A stretch of DNA of 64,000 bases from Eledone cirrhosa (GCA_964016885.1 OZ024759.1:33976001-34040000); one strand, 5' to 3'; counted from the first letter of the stretch, positions 30,162 to 45,306 are shown. The notes: generated from the letters alone by a model not told the origin. A program made the numbers and translations.

Positions 30162-30671
30162 GTTTGTTATATTCATTCATTCATTTATAGATGAAGTATA
30201 TGTATTATATATTTTTAATCTATATGCACTAAAATCATGTCGGTAAGATATTGAAGGGAATAGTTCCAAATATCCTCCATCTCGTCAGTATTATAGACAG
30301 CAGGATATATCTAGAATAGTGAAGACAGAAGACAGATGCAAAAATGACATTCTAACACTTAAAATAATGAATACAAAAATGTATAATTTTCTTTATGATT
30401 TCGGCAATAAATTTCCACGTACTTACTTTTACTTATATCAAACACCAATTTCTAGAAAATATATTGTTTTCTTGATAAATTCTTTCACTTAATGTATGGT
30501 TATTGTATCTTTTACTTTGCTTTATATGTTTTACGATATTTTTTTTTTTTTTAATTTTATTTTTGTGGTGGGGTGAGGGGATTGTTTGTATATTCTGTTA
30601 TGTATGTGTATATATACATCTATATATATGTATATATATCTATGTGTGTGTGTGTGTTCATAATTATACGT

Positions 30672-30790
<119 letters not shown>

Positions 30791-31120
30791 CATACACACA
30801 TATCTATACACACATATATATACACAGATATATGTACATTCATACATATATACACACATATATATATACATATATATACACACACATTCACACATATACA
30901 TATATATTAATTTGATATGTTGATACGTTATATATATTTATGTTATATGCTGATAATTCTCTGTATATATCTCTATCTCCCTCTATATCTATCTCAGTAT
31001 CTCTCTCACTCGTTCTCTCTCTCTCTCTCTATGTCTTTCTTTTCTCGTTCCCCCCTCTCTCTCTCTATCTCTATCTCTTTATATATATATATAAATATGT
31101 ATATACAAAAACGTACACAC

Positions 31121-31160
<40 letters not shown>

Positions 31161-31355
31161 CTGTGTATTAATTTATATCTGTCTGATTGAAAATATTTTA
31201 TTAGGCTATAATTAATTACATCTTCTAAACGTCATTGACGATATTTCTTTTTTGGGGTTTTATTTATGTCTCCATTATTATATGTGAGTATTTTAAATAG
31301 TCTTCTTCTCCCTCTCCTTTCTATTGTCCTTGTCTAGCTTCTATTAAACTTAGTA

Positions 31356-31389
<34 letters not shown>

Positions 31390-31405
31390 TCATTATAGGA
31401 ACAAC

Positions 31406-31472
<67 letters not shown>

Positions 31473-31488
31473 TCATTATAGGAACAAA

Positions 31489-31527
<39 letters not shown>

Positions 31528-31543
31528 TCATTATAGGAACAAA

Positions 31544-31631
<88 letters not shown>

Positions 31632-31858
31632 ATATATATATATATATACACATACATATATATGTATATACATATTTACATACATTTATATATACGTATA
31701 CACACATATTTATATATATACATATATATATGTGTATATATATATATATATATAAAAAAAACATTAGAAGAATGAATACTGCGTGGTTGCACATGGGTTA
31801 CATATGATAAAAATAGTCCTTCATCAGTGATTTTCCAACCTTCATTGGTATTTCATCG

Positions 31859-31930
<72 letters not shown>

Positions 31931-32279
31931 CTTATTCGTATATTAATCTTTACCACCACCACCACCACCGCCGCCACGACCAGCTCCACCACTACCACAA
32001 ACACCACCACATCCACCACCTTCTTTATAGACTGGTGTTAATTATATGTATTCCTTGTTTCATGTCCATTATATTTGTGTCCGCCTGGTCTTCCATACAA
32101 AATATTTTACACATTGTGCACTTTTATTAATCAACTCTAGACGTCATTAAACAATTAAGGCTATCAAAGTTTAGTACAGAGAATCATATTAAACTTCATC
32201 TCGTTTTTGTCGCTCTGTATTTTGTAGTGATTCTCTACAACAACAACAACGACGACGACAATGGCATCAACGGCACCAA

Positions 32280-32327
32280 GTATTACTACTACACTGCTAA
32301 TACTACTAGCACTGCTGGTGGTGCTAG

Positions 32328-32378
<51 letters not shown>

Positions 32379-32870
32379 AATTACTACTTGTACTACATCT
32401 ACTACTAACACAACTACTACTACTACTACTACTACTACTACCACTACTACTACTACTACTACTACAGTTACTACTTCTACTACATCTACTACTAACACAA
32501 CTACTACTACTACTATTACTACTACTTCTACTACAGTTACTACTTCTACTACATCTACTACTAACACAAATACGACTACCACTACTACTAAAATTACTAC
32601 TTCTACTACTACTACTACCACAGCAACAACACCAACACCATCAACACCAATGGCGACAAGACGACGACCACCACTACTACTACTACTACTACCACTAATA
32701 CAATTATCACTACTACCACTACTACTACTACTAGTATTACTACTATTACCACTACCTCTGCCACTACTACTACTACTACTACTACCACTAATACAATTAT
32801 CACTACTACCACTACTACTACTACTACTACTATTATTACTACTATTACCACTACTACTGCCACTACTACT
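32280..32870. repeat. (ACT)n compound microsatellite
   Basis: Direct inspection; similar tracts at 19690-19780, 23790-24020, 29650-29740 and 49475-50180. Confidence 0.95.
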
Positions 32871-33279
32871 GCAGAAATGGTGAATGGTAATTTGGCAATA
32901 AATCTTATACTGCTCTGTCCATTCCTGAAAATATTCTCAGTATCACAGCACATGAATATATATGTGTATGTATATAACTAGATATACACACACGCGCACA
33001 GTGCGTATGTGTGTGAGTCTGTCTTGTGTGTGTGTCTGTGTGTAGGTATATGTGAGTGTGGGTATGTATGTGAGTCGTTGAGTGTGTTTGTCTGTGCGTG
33101 TGTGCATACATATACAATTCCTCAGTATAGCTTAGGTTTTGTACAGATAGTAATTTATGATGAACTCCATTTGCTTAGTGCATATTATAAGTATTCTCTG
33201 TACATTTGACATGCTACTCCTCTACTGGCCCATGCTAACCACCCACAACAACAAAAAATACCCGTATCTTATAATATGA

Positions 33280-33575
33280 CATCACAATTATTTCACATCA
33301 ATTGGTCCCACTCGCTTTAACATTACAACAAAACTCATTGAAACAAACAGAAAGAGACCCCCCACAACATTCAAAAAGACTTTGGAGCCATTCATTCAAG
33401 AAATCCCGGATACGCCTCCTATACCGCTATACGTTTCCGTAAACAATAACTCTCTACTTTAGCGGGCCGTGGTGTCTAACTTCTGATTTGAAAAGGTTTC
33501 CCTGCTGGTGCTATTAAGTTAGACATGGCCTTGACCACTACTAGCCGAAACCTATCAAACTTATCAAAGTTATAA
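33280..33575 (+). mobile_element. CR1-like LINE 3' end
   Basis: Translates as HNYFTSIGPTRFN...FKKTLEPFIQEIPDTPPIPLYVSVNNNSLL*, followed by a short UTR and a TATCAAA-repeat tail. Confidence 0.65.
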
Positions 33576-33606
33576 AATATATATATCTAATAACTGATAT
33601 ACTATA

Positions 33607-33795
33607 ATTGTTTCTACTATTGGCACAAGGCCAGCAATTATCCAGTGTATTACAGGTACTTTATTTTATCGACCCCGTAAGGATGAAAGGCAAAGTTAAC
33701 CTCGGCGGGATTTGAACTCAGATTGGCAAGGGTCGTAACTCTATGCGTCAAAGCATGGCGTCCGACTCTCTACCGATACTACCAATCTACCGCCT
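33607..33795 (-). mobile_element. Major-family SINE
   Basis: Same consensus. Confidence 0.85.
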
Positions 33796-34160
33796 TATAT
33801 ATTATATAATATAATATTATATAATATATATAATATATATGTAATTCTTTTTCCAAAGATTTAATTAATCGATCTAGATGACAATCCGAGTAATCCATGG
33901 TTAGCCTTCAAGCCAAGTGGTACGAATAATGTTATGTTGATGCACCGAGCATATATACAGATTTCATTTGAGTCGGTTTTCTCGTTGCTTTGGTCCTGCG
34001 GCTGGTTTACCGGTCTCAATCTTCAATTTGCCTACCTGTCTAAACGTAATGTTGTTCCTCTAAGGTAAAATACCTTATTGAGTGCTTAGCTACACATTCG
34101 GATTGCATCGTTAGCTTAGCTGCAGGCAGAGATTTGATTATGGTGAACCTCCATTTGCAT

Positions 34161-34225
<65 letters not shown>

Positions 34226-34538
34226 AATATAGAAATGACTTCTACATATCTAGAACTGTTTCATTCGAAGGAAATCATCAGGAATGTGCTATGTATTGAG
34301 TACCTTACTCACTCTAGTGATCCCGCATTGAAACCGGGTTACACACATACACACACACACATATATATATATATATAAATGTATATATATATATATATAT
34401 ATATGTATAAATCCACTACCTGTAATACCATAACTGGACTATACCTAAGTGGACTGCATTTAACTATTATTTGTTACCCCGTATATATATATATATATAT
34501 ATAATATAAAATCAAAAGATGGTTAAAAGAGTTCCATG

Positions 34539-34609
34539 TATTTTATTATGCGCATTTCAAAGACAAATATCATCATGGGATGATATGTGCGTTCTCATCA
34601 GATAAAATA
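34539..34609 (-). ncRNA. Type I hammerhead ribozyme with palindromic stem III
   Basis: Minus strand reads TATTTTAT-CTGATGA-GAACGCACATATCATC-ccat-GATGATATTTGTCTTT-GAA-ATGCGCAT-A-ATAAAATA. This gives a perfect 8-bp stem I, canonical core, 14/16 pairs in stem II, self-complementary stem III and an AUA cleavage triplet. Confidence 0.85.
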
Positions 34610-34688
34610 GGGAGACATGACATGAAGCTTAAAAAACACTTGCGAGCAGTGAAGTGTTAAATCAACATATATGTTGATTTAACATTTA

Positions 34689-34744
<56 letters not shown>

Positions 34745-35155
34745 TTATATATATATATCAAATAAAAGAAGAGTTCCTATCTTCAGTCGTTTGACAGTTT
34801 TTCAATGTGGAAAAAGTGTCTTAACACCAAAAAACGTAAAACACATTCTCAGATAGAAAAAAAAGTATATAACTTCACATATATGATTAAAATGTATTAT
34901 TACATCTATCTTACAAAATATATTAGTGAATTAGTAGCCACGTCATATTTTAGTTGTCATATAATATTTAAGATTTTATATGCTTCAAATTTGAAAAGTC
35001 ACACATTTCCGTGGTAGAACACTCTTCACATTCCAAGACACCACAATATGTCGAACATAACAGCCTAACTGACAATCTCTAAGTATCTATCTATCTATCT
35101 ATCTACCAATCTATCTACCTATATATATATATATATCTTTCTCTCATTCTGGTAT

Positions 35156-35234
<79 letters not shown>

Positions 35235-35904
35235 TGTGTGTGTGTGTGTGTGTTTATATTGTGGAACCAACGAAATATGAATAATGTGGAACCAACGAAA
35301 TATGTAGAAAAATGTGGGCGTTTGTGTCGAAGATGGCTGAGGCTGAAGTGTGATACACCTTTAAATATTTAGCTTTGCATATTAAAATGCACGCTTGTGC
35401 ATTCTCCCAGTGCAGCGCTATAAAATATTCAAAATATTTTACTCAACGAATTTCACACCAGTATTTTAAATATCCCTGAGGAAATGTCTTGAAAGAAGAG
35501 AAATTCTTTAGATTATTCCCATTAATATTTTGGTATAATTCTTCTGTAGTAATATTTAGAATGTTTCTACATGTTGCCGCAACAAGCATTTCATCTTTGC
35601 ATATGTGGCTGATCTGAGAGAAAGCTCGAATTCTGATGTATAAATATACATACATACACACACATACACACACATATGTATATGGATATGTGTGTGGTCT
35701 GTATGTATATCATAAAACATCTATATAGAAAGTCATGGCATATAATTTGTGTCATCTATTTAAGCATTTTTACACAGTGAGAAAGATCAAAGCTTGTGTA
35801 CTTAATGTTACTGCCAGGAATGGCTTCTTAACTAAAAAATTTGACGCGAGAGGTGATATATATATATAGGAGTATATATATTTGCATATCAGTATATATA
35901 TGTA

Positions 35905-36022
<118 letters not shown>

Positions 36023-36131
36023 GTTTAGATCTCCGCTTTCCTAGTTTTTTTTCAACAAGAAGTCTTTGATACTTCATCACCAGAGAGAATCCCTCTATCT
36101 AAGCTTTCATTCATTAATTCTCCATCCCTCT

Positions 36132-36169
<38 letters not shown>

Positions 36170-36237
36170 CAAGAGATGTCAACATGAATGGACCTGTTAT
36201 TTTGAACTAAAGACAATCTATCTTATTTCTCATTATT

Positions 36238-36273
36238 TCTTCTGATGAAGGACTAGCGTCCGAAACATAAAGA
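36238..36273 (+). ncRNA. Minimal hammerhead ribozyme motif
   Basis: TCTT-CTGATGA-A-GGAC-tagc-GTCC-GAA-ACAT-A-AAGA gives a 4-bp stem I and 4-bp stem II. Stem III ACAT is probably decayed ACGT, because an inverted partial copy just downstream (36284-36295) reads GTCCGAAACGTT on the minus strand. Confidence 0.65.
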
Positions 36274-36354
36274 CGAGGGTCCCAACGTTTCGGACGTTAA
36301 CTAATATATCCCCATATACTATACCGATTGTGTTGTTATTTCTGTTTACCTTTT

Positions 36355-36429
<75 letters not shown>

Positions 36430-36556
36430 AAAGTTTTATTTAAAATTGTTGGGTTACAACAAGTAAATATTTTATAACTGATATAAAGCACTCAACAAGT
36501 TTTGGAGTAAATATACGATATTAAACAAATGGAAACTATATTTATAAAACCATATT

Positions 36557-36622
36557 TATTTCATTATACATATTTCAGGGATACCATATAAAAAATATGG
36601 CATGTCTTCTTCAGATAAAATA
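36557..36622 (-). ncRNA. Type I hammerhead ribozyme (same family as 34539-34609)
   Basis: Minus strand reads TATTTTAT-CTGAAGA-AGACATGCCATAT-ttttt-ATATGGTATCCCT-GAA-ATATGTAT-A-ATGAAATA. Stem I is 8 bp with one G-U pair, the core is canonical, stem II pairs 11/13, and stem III is near-palindromic. Confidence 0.8.
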
Positions 36623-37779
36623 CAATATATAAGCAGTTTTATAAATAAATTTGACGTACCATAAATATTGATCAACTTTTATGTAAAAAGTTGGTTTGGT
36701 AGTGAGATGTTTATAAATATTTAGTGTTAAGCACAGTTAGAAAGAAATATGTATAATGAAATATGTATAATGAAATAAATATGGTTTTATAAATATAGTT
36801 TCCATTTGTTTAATATCGTATATATATATATATATATATAAGTGTGTATATTGTATAGAAATGTATTCTACAGTAATAGAACTGCTTCATTTCCATGAAA
36901 TCATCTATGGATAACAAACAAGTTTTAGACATTCCTACGGATATTCCATCCATCATTGCTTGGTCTGCCGTTCACAAATTACAGCATATGACATTTTAAA
37001 GGTGCAACGTTATGTTTTTGTGAAACACTTTACAAAAAATACAACAAAATAAAAACAAAATAAATAAATAAATAAAATATATAACCGCAATTCTAATATA
37101 TCATGAGGCTTGCCATTGAAATAGATTTTGAAGTTGTCACCCTAGGGATAATGATAGAAAATGTCAGGAAAATCACGCTTTATATTTTTTCGTTTAAGTG
37201 GTGGTTATAGCAAACTGAATTCAACAATTGCTTTGAAATGCCATATTTATGTATTATCTTCCTACGAGGCATAGCTATTTAAAAAAAAAAACACAGCGTA
37301 AAGATCTTCCATTTAAAATGACTGCCTGTCCAGGGGTTAAACTTTGAAGGCGTTGAACGTCACAAAATATAACGTTAGATATTTAGTGTATACAGTATCT
37401 GCAGCTTTCTAAATAAATGAATATTTTAGGTGCGACATTACTGGAGAATTCTTAGAGATGGTAGATCGACTGATAGAATGCTTTGAGGTATGGCATTCGC
37501 TTTGGATCTCTGTTCTCTCGGTTCAAATCTCGCCGTAGCCAACGTTACCTTACAACAATTCAAGATCGATAACATGTATCAGTATAGTAGAAGGGTTGTT
37601 TCTTCCTGTGTGTCCATTTCTTACTTCCATTCTCTGCATCTCTATCCTTCTCTGGAGGAAATCTGGTATATTGAGAACTGGCAAGGATATGGGCTCCTAT
37701 GGGCTTCATAAATGCCCTACAAAGGCCGTTTCATGAAAGTGAATCCCTCTGTTTAAGCTTTGATTCAATAATCCTGTCC

Positions 37780-37868
<89 letters not shown>

Positions 37869-37894
37869 TATCTATCTATGTATCTATCTATCTA

Positions 37895-37942
<48 letters not shown>

Positions 37943-37945
<3 letters not shown>

Positions 37946-38361
37946 AGGGAGTATAACTTGGAGTTACTGTAGGATCACCTGGGTGATCACACGATGTTTA
38001 CGTTCACTTCAGTGTCGAGGTGTAGAGTTAGACAGAGTGTATTATAGTGAAATAAAACAAGGACGATTGGTTACTCCTTGATTACCTTTATTATAAGAGT
38101 TCAAATCTCGCCGAGGTTAATTTTGCCTTTCATCCTTATGGGGTCGATACAATAAAGTACCAGTAATACAATGGATAATGGCTGGCCTTGTGCCAAAAGT
38201 AGAAACAATTATATGGTGACGCGCGTTTCGCCACTGATCAGCTCTAGGTTCAATCTGTATTAATCTAGCCTGATTCTGTAATCCACAGCTCGACAGAACC
38301 CTTAAAATAGTAATGAAATCGTAGTGAAAGCGTAAACAATCGTCCTTGTTTTGTTTTATTT

Positions 38362-38365
<4 letters not shown>
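37943..38365. mobile_element. Family C element with inverted end copy, interrupted by a SINE fragment
   Basis: Homologous to 12556-12690; AGTGAAATAAAACAAGGACGATTG (38046) is inverted relative to CAATCGTCCTTGTTTTG..TTTTACT (38337). Confidence 0.6.
38097..38211 (+). mobile_element. Major-family SINE, 5'-truncated
   Basis: GAGTTCAAATCTCGCCGAGG...GGCCTTGTGCCAAAAGTAGAAACAATT. Confidence 0.8.
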
Positions 38366-38422
<57 letters not shown>

Positions 38423-38425
<3 letters not shown>

Positions 38426-38550
38426 CGAAGGAAGTCTGGTAAGAAACCAGGTGGACCATAACGCACCAGAGTACTCGATACTTTGGGTAGTAGAGTGGGT
38501 AATTGGAAAAGAGTCAGAACCCCGACGGCAGAGTTCAAGCCGTTTCGACA
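38423..38550 (-). mobile_element. Family A element (no inversion)
   Basis: Starts at (TA)n with TAACGAAGGAA and ends at AAGCCGTTTCGACA. Confidence 0.8.
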
Positions 38551-39118
38551 GATTTATGCATACTTAAAGACGACAGTAAGCATGAATCTAAGCCTAATGA
38601 ATTAAGATAGATTTCAATTCACAAACTTGGCTTCATTTTGTATTAAAAACTTGTATTGCAAATACTATCTGTATGAAATACATTTATTAAGCCAGCTACC
38701 AGGCTCCGGCTATAATGAATGTAGTGTTGCTTTGCTAAAACATGCATTCGAGTGTGTTCTATAATGTTAATAGTCAGCTGTGTCTCTCAGCAGCGCCATA
38801 CCTGTAATCTATGTTTTGCAAGACAGATTTTGAGGGAAATATCAGAACTCATTTCTCCACACAGCATATGAAATATATCTAATACTATGAATGATGTTAG
38901 GAATATTTTCATGAATTAAACCAACATTAGTTTTTTTATGGCTACTACTTTGTTTTACTTTAAGTAACAAATATATTTTAATGTAACACTTTAGAAATTG
39001 CGAAAGGAAAATAAAGCATTTGTTGTTGTTTCATAGCACCCTATTAAAATGTTTTCTTTATAAGCAGGTTCCATTTGAACATACAGATACACGAACATAC
39101 AGACACAGACGCACATAT

Positions 39119-39171
<53 letters not shown>

Positions 39172-39215
39172 AATATATATATATATACGCATACATGGAT
39201 ATATATTTATATTTT

Positions 39216-39303
<88 letters not shown>

Positions 39304-39725
39304 CACATACATGGATATATATTTATATTTTCTTATATATATATATATATATAAGCTATATAAGCTCTAGAAGTTAAGAGCGGTATTCTTTGGATAATAT
39401 TTCCAAATTGTCTGAAATTTAACATCGAATTAAGACTATATTTAAATCTTACAGCAACTAACTGTTCATGCTATTGTAACAACTAAGACGTTCCATGTAT
39501 TCCTTATCATTCTTGCATAGAGACCTTAACATGGGGTCCTTTAAAGAAATATGGCCATTTATCTATTCAACACAAGAAAATCTCTACTCTCAATAAATCT
39601 ATTCTCCCCTACTGCGATATATATACTTCACAATGATATACTCGGCTCCTACGAATCTTGTATGTTGCATCAACTGGTTTGGACTAAATTATATCTTTTC
39701 AATATTTGAACTACTGCTAATATTA

Positions 39726-39834
<109 letters not shown>

Positions 39835-40623
39835 GTATAATATACGTTGAGGTAGATGTTACAATATCGTATTTATTGCGTATGTAATTCAGCGACACTG
39901 ATGTCGAGCTGTTTTCTTATCAGTACAACAGCAATCGTACCGGTGGGACATCATCAGACGGACAAGGAGAAATAGAAGAACAAAAAAGAAAATGAAGAAA
40001 ACGAAGAAGAAAATGAGGAAAGAAGAAATGCATTAAAGAAAGTAAAACAATTAAAGAAACCCCCAAATCTGAGAAATAATACCCCCCCCCCCTCATCTAA
40101 CAGATGCATATGAATGATGAATGTGTGAATGGTTGTGTAGGTATATAGTTGAGAGAGAGAAAGAGAGGGAATAGACAGAGACAGAGAGAGAAACAACCAG
40201 AGGGAAAAGACAGATAGAGAGGATTAGTGAGTGTCAGTGAGAGAGAGAATGAAAGATATCTATGTATATATATATATATGTAGAGAGAGAGAGAGAGAGA
40301 GGATGTGTGGGTGATTGAGAGAGGGGATATGTGAGGGGCATAGAGAGATAGAGGGGTAAATAAGAGAGGGTGAGTGAGATATATACATAGACAGAGAGAG
40401 AGGGGGTAATAAATAAAATAGGATGTGTGGGAGTGAGAGATAGGCTGTGTGATATAGAAGCAGAGTGTGAATGAGCGAGGTGGTAGAAATAAGAGAGGAC
40501 CAGTGAATAGCAGAGAGAGATAGTGAGTGACAGAGAGATAGATATATAGAGAGATAGAGAGATAGAGAGAAAGATAGATAGATAGAGATAGAGAGAGAGT
40601 GGGGATAAGTGAGTGACAGAAAG

Positions 40624-40654
<31 letters not shown>

Positions 40655-40743
40655 ATATATGAGTGACAGGGAGATAGAGAGAAATATAGATATATAGAGA
40701 TAGAGAGAGTGTGGGGATAAGTGAGTGACAGAGAGATATATAG

Positions 40744-40796
<53 letters not shown>

Positions 40797-40949
40797 GAGG
40801 GAGCGAGCGAGCGAGAATATATGAGTCAGAGGGAGCGAGCGAGAATATATGAGTGACAGGGAGATAGAGAGAAAGTGGGGATAAGTGAGTGACAGAGAGA
40901 GAGAGAGAAAGAGAAATATAGAGAGAGACAGTTAGGAAGAGTGAGTGAC

Positions 40950-41031
<82 letters not shown>

Positions 41032-41634
41032 GGGGAAGGAGAAAGAGAAAGAGGATGAGTGATGGTAGAAATATGGAGTTTAAAATACCGAGAAAAGTGG
41101 ATAGAAAGGAGAGAAGTTAATTGAAAAAATATCATATTGAAGTAATTACTAATGAAAGATAAAGAAAGAAGCACATTGATAGGAGACAGCAGATGCCAGA
41201 TAAAATGATGAACTTTCTGATAAATATCATAAGTTAAATAATTGTGACAAATAGTTATTTGTTTCCTCATCCCGGCAACGTAGAAAACAAATATCGTGCG
41301 AATGTACGTGGTTTTGTATGAAATAGAAAGATGGTAGTATTGATGTGTAAGACGAGAGGAGCAGGAATGGATTGAGGAAGGGGTGGGGAGTAAGAGAGTG
41401 TGTGAGAGAGAAGGGGAGGAAGAAGGAAAGACAGAGCGAGGGAAAGAAGGGGAGAGTGCGATCGAGATAAAGAAAGAGTATGTGTGGGAGAGAAAATGTG
41501 AGAGAGCAAGAGATGGAGAGAGAGCATGAGAAAGACAGTAAAAGTGAGTGGGAAAGCGAGCAAGAGAGAGAGAGCGAGAGAACGAGTAAGAGAGTGAGAA
41601 AAAGAGAACGAGCAAGTGAACGAAAGCGATCAAA

Positions 41635-41679
<45 letters not shown>

Positions 41680-42579
41680 GTGGGTGGCTGAGCGTGACAG
41701 AAAAAGCGTCGGAGAGAGAGATAAATAGATAGATAGATAGATAGAGAGAGATTAAGAGAGATAAAGAGAGTGAGATAAAGAGTGACAGAGAGAAAGCAAG
41801 AGAGAGAAAGAGTGACATAGATAGAGCAAGAGAGAGAAAGAGTGACAGAGATAAAGCAAGAGAGAGAAAGAGTGACAGAGATAAAGCAAGAGAGAGAAAG
41901 AGTGTCAGAGAGAGAGCAAGAGAGAGAAAGAGTATGGCTCCATGAAAGTAATTAGAAAGACCACGTTAACTTTATGACAGCTGTAAGATTCAAATCACAT
42001 TTCAATGCGCCAAGAATATTTTTTATAACCCTGTCGCAGATTATGTATTTTTTCCTCTAATTCTAGACTGGATAAAGAACATCACATCGTTAAAATGTCA
42101 ATTCTCTACGTTTCTGATTCATTTTTAATATTCTTAATATATAATGACAGGAAAAAAAGAACTATTTTCTCACCTTTCGTCACTTATTTTACTTGTCGTT
42201 CATAAAATGACGCCGAAGAAGACCGTAAAATTAAAAAAGATATGGTTCATAAGCCATCTAAGTGAACCTTTTCTTTAATTAAATAAGTATAGACCAAGAA
42301 AAATGGTGTGGGTTGCCAGAATTATTAAAGGGATGCCTTTGTTAATAGGATGTCGTTGTTAAACGTCACCGAATAAGACTGTAAAATTAAAAAAGATATG
42401 GTTCATAAGCCACCGAGGTCACCCTTTAGTTTTTCATTATTTTTGGTGTCACTAGATAATTACCAAGACAAACTGCGTGGATTGTTGGAGTTATAAAAGG
42501 GTTGCATAGGTTGACTTTATTAAAATGTCACCGACTGTGTCTGTAAAATTAGAATCTAGGCCAATAATTTATTTTATGG

Positions 42580-42970
42580 AGGGGGGATTCGATTATAACG
42601 ACCTCATCAGTGAGTTAGCGGTACTTTATTTTATAGACCTCATATGGATGAAATGGGAAAGCTAACTCCGGCAAGATTTGAACTCCGGACGTAACTGGAT
42701 GTGACCTTGTGACAGAAAGAATCTTTTCTGACACTCTACCGATAATTCCCATCCAATGTGCTGAATATTAATGTTTTTTTTATTTAGGGGAGGGGAGTCG
42801 GAATAAATAGACCCTCATGCATCACTGGTACTTCATTTTCTCGACCTTGTATGGATGTATGGTCAAGCTACGCTCGGCAGGATTTGATCTGAGAACGTTA
42901 ACAGACGTGACAATAAAACGCCAAGCATGTTGTCTAACGCCCCTTGTGATAGCACCAGTACACCAACCTC
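42580..42970 (-). mobile_element. Two old diverged SINE copies in tandem
   Basis: GGTACTTTATTTTATAGACC...GATTTGAACTC and GGTACTTCATTTTCTCGACC...GATTTGATCTG. Confidence 0.55.
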
Positions 42971-43608
42971 TAGTGACACTTGATCGACTTTCGTCAAATC
43001 GGACCGAAACCGAAATGTTTCCATTGTTCTATCCGATTGCTGAGAGTCTCTATCGGTCGCATCTCCAGGCAGAAAGAGCAACATGAAATAAAGTGTCTTG
43101 CTCAAGGAAATAACGCATCTCCCATTTCGATATAACGCATCTCACAACTTCACAATTGCGAATCCAATTGTCTAACCGCTCAGCCACGCGCTTTCACAAG
43201 ATCTATTCTGCTAATTAATAATTCCATTGCTAATTAAATTTATCTAATTATAAATATATATACAATAGAAGAGGAAAATATAAACAAAAATATTAATAAA
43301 TAAATAATAAAATCATACAACAACAACCACCACAAGAATAATTATATCCGAGTTAATATAAGAATGTAGCGACAACAACTACAACAACAAGACGGTTTAG
43401 GAAAACAAAATACATTGAGAAGGACAGAGATATGATATTAATTTAATTATGAATGAAAATAAGAAACTAACAAAGTGCAGTTGTATATTATATATAACTA
43501 TATGTGAAATGGAAGACGTAAGCCGCTCATATATAGAAATACGGTAACTCTCATAAATAGATATTGTATATATATATATGTGTGTGTTTATAAATATATA
43601 TATGTGTT

Positions 43609-43667
<59 letters not shown>

Positions 43668-43821
43668 TTATATATACACGTAGATCGTAGATGAATATAT
43701 ATATATATATTTACATAGGCACACACATATTCGTATATATGCATATATATATATATATATATATTAAAAAAAAAACAAGAGAAGAAATATATATATACAT
43801 ATATAACATATATACATATAT

Positions 43822-43858
<37 letters not shown>

Positions 43859-43969
43859 TATATATATATAATCGTATCGTTAATTTTATGAAGGAGATAT
43901 TAATGAAGATTGACGCATCATACACAAACAATATACGAGTGTATATATCATTGCAATAAAAGCCTGTCA

Positions 43970-44015
<46 letters not shown>

Positions 44016-44191
44016 ACATCCGAACATACACACATTTTAAGCTTACAATAAAATACACTCTGTTTAAAATAAATGATAGGTATATACATAGTATAATCAT
44101 GTACCACACTTACATAGAGATACACATGTATACAAAGTCACACACACATATATATGTATTTATGTATATAATTATATCCGTGTTCGTATAT

Positions 44192-44247
<56 letters not shown>

Positions 44248-44283
44248 CTGTATATATATATTTATATATATATATATATACTT

Positions 44284-44522
<239 letters not shown>

Positions 44523-44899
44523 ATATACGTATATGTTCTTTCCAATTGAACCTCTGTATCAGCTTCCGCAACAATAATCAGTGAAAACTCATTTGACTAT
44601 TCTGGAAAGCTTTGTGTTGGGTAGAGCTTCTAAGCAAAACTGATTAGAGACTAACGTGAGTTAAGTCAGGACACAAAGAACTTTCCACAAATAGCCTGAA
44701 GATAGTTTCAGAAGTGAATGATTTCAAAAGATTATCGTTAATTCAATAATGTTTGTGAAGCTTCAAGACTTACATATATAGTTAGTAAAGCTAAAATACT
44801 TCGTGGCTTCCGACTAGAAGAGATTTAAGTGAACTCAAAAGATTATATACGTTGATGTTGGAGTTTTATGTGGAGACAATGTATTCTCATGAATGAATG

Positions 44900-44954
<55 letters not shown>

Positions 44955-45104
44955 GGTATACATAGATATTTACGTTATTTATATATATACATATACACAC
45001 ACTCACGGGGTCTATAAAATAAAGTACAAGTAATGTACTGGGTAATTGCTGGCCTTGTGCCTAAAGTAGAAACAATTATTGAAATATATATATATATATA
45101 TACA

Positions 45105-45242
45105 TAACGAAGGAAATGTGGTAAGGAACCAAGTGGACCATAACGCACCAAAGTACTCAATACGTAATACTCAATACTCAATAATACGTCCAGAATTAGC
45201 CGTCGAAACGGCTTGAACTCAGCCATCGGGGTCCTACTCGTT

Positions 45243-45245
<3 letters not shown>
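45105..45245 (-). mobile_element. Family A element
   Basis: Conserved end plus inverted GTCCAGAATTAGCCGTCGAAACGGC segment; junction has a small TACTCAA repeat. Confidence 0.8.

Positions 45246-45302
<57 letters not shown>

Positions 45303-45306
<4 letters not shown>

Noticed and set aside
38215-38245. Minus-strand CTGATCA-GTGGC-GAAACGCGCGTC hammerhead-like motif
   Set aside because: G8 is absent and stem I does not pair; at most a remnant.
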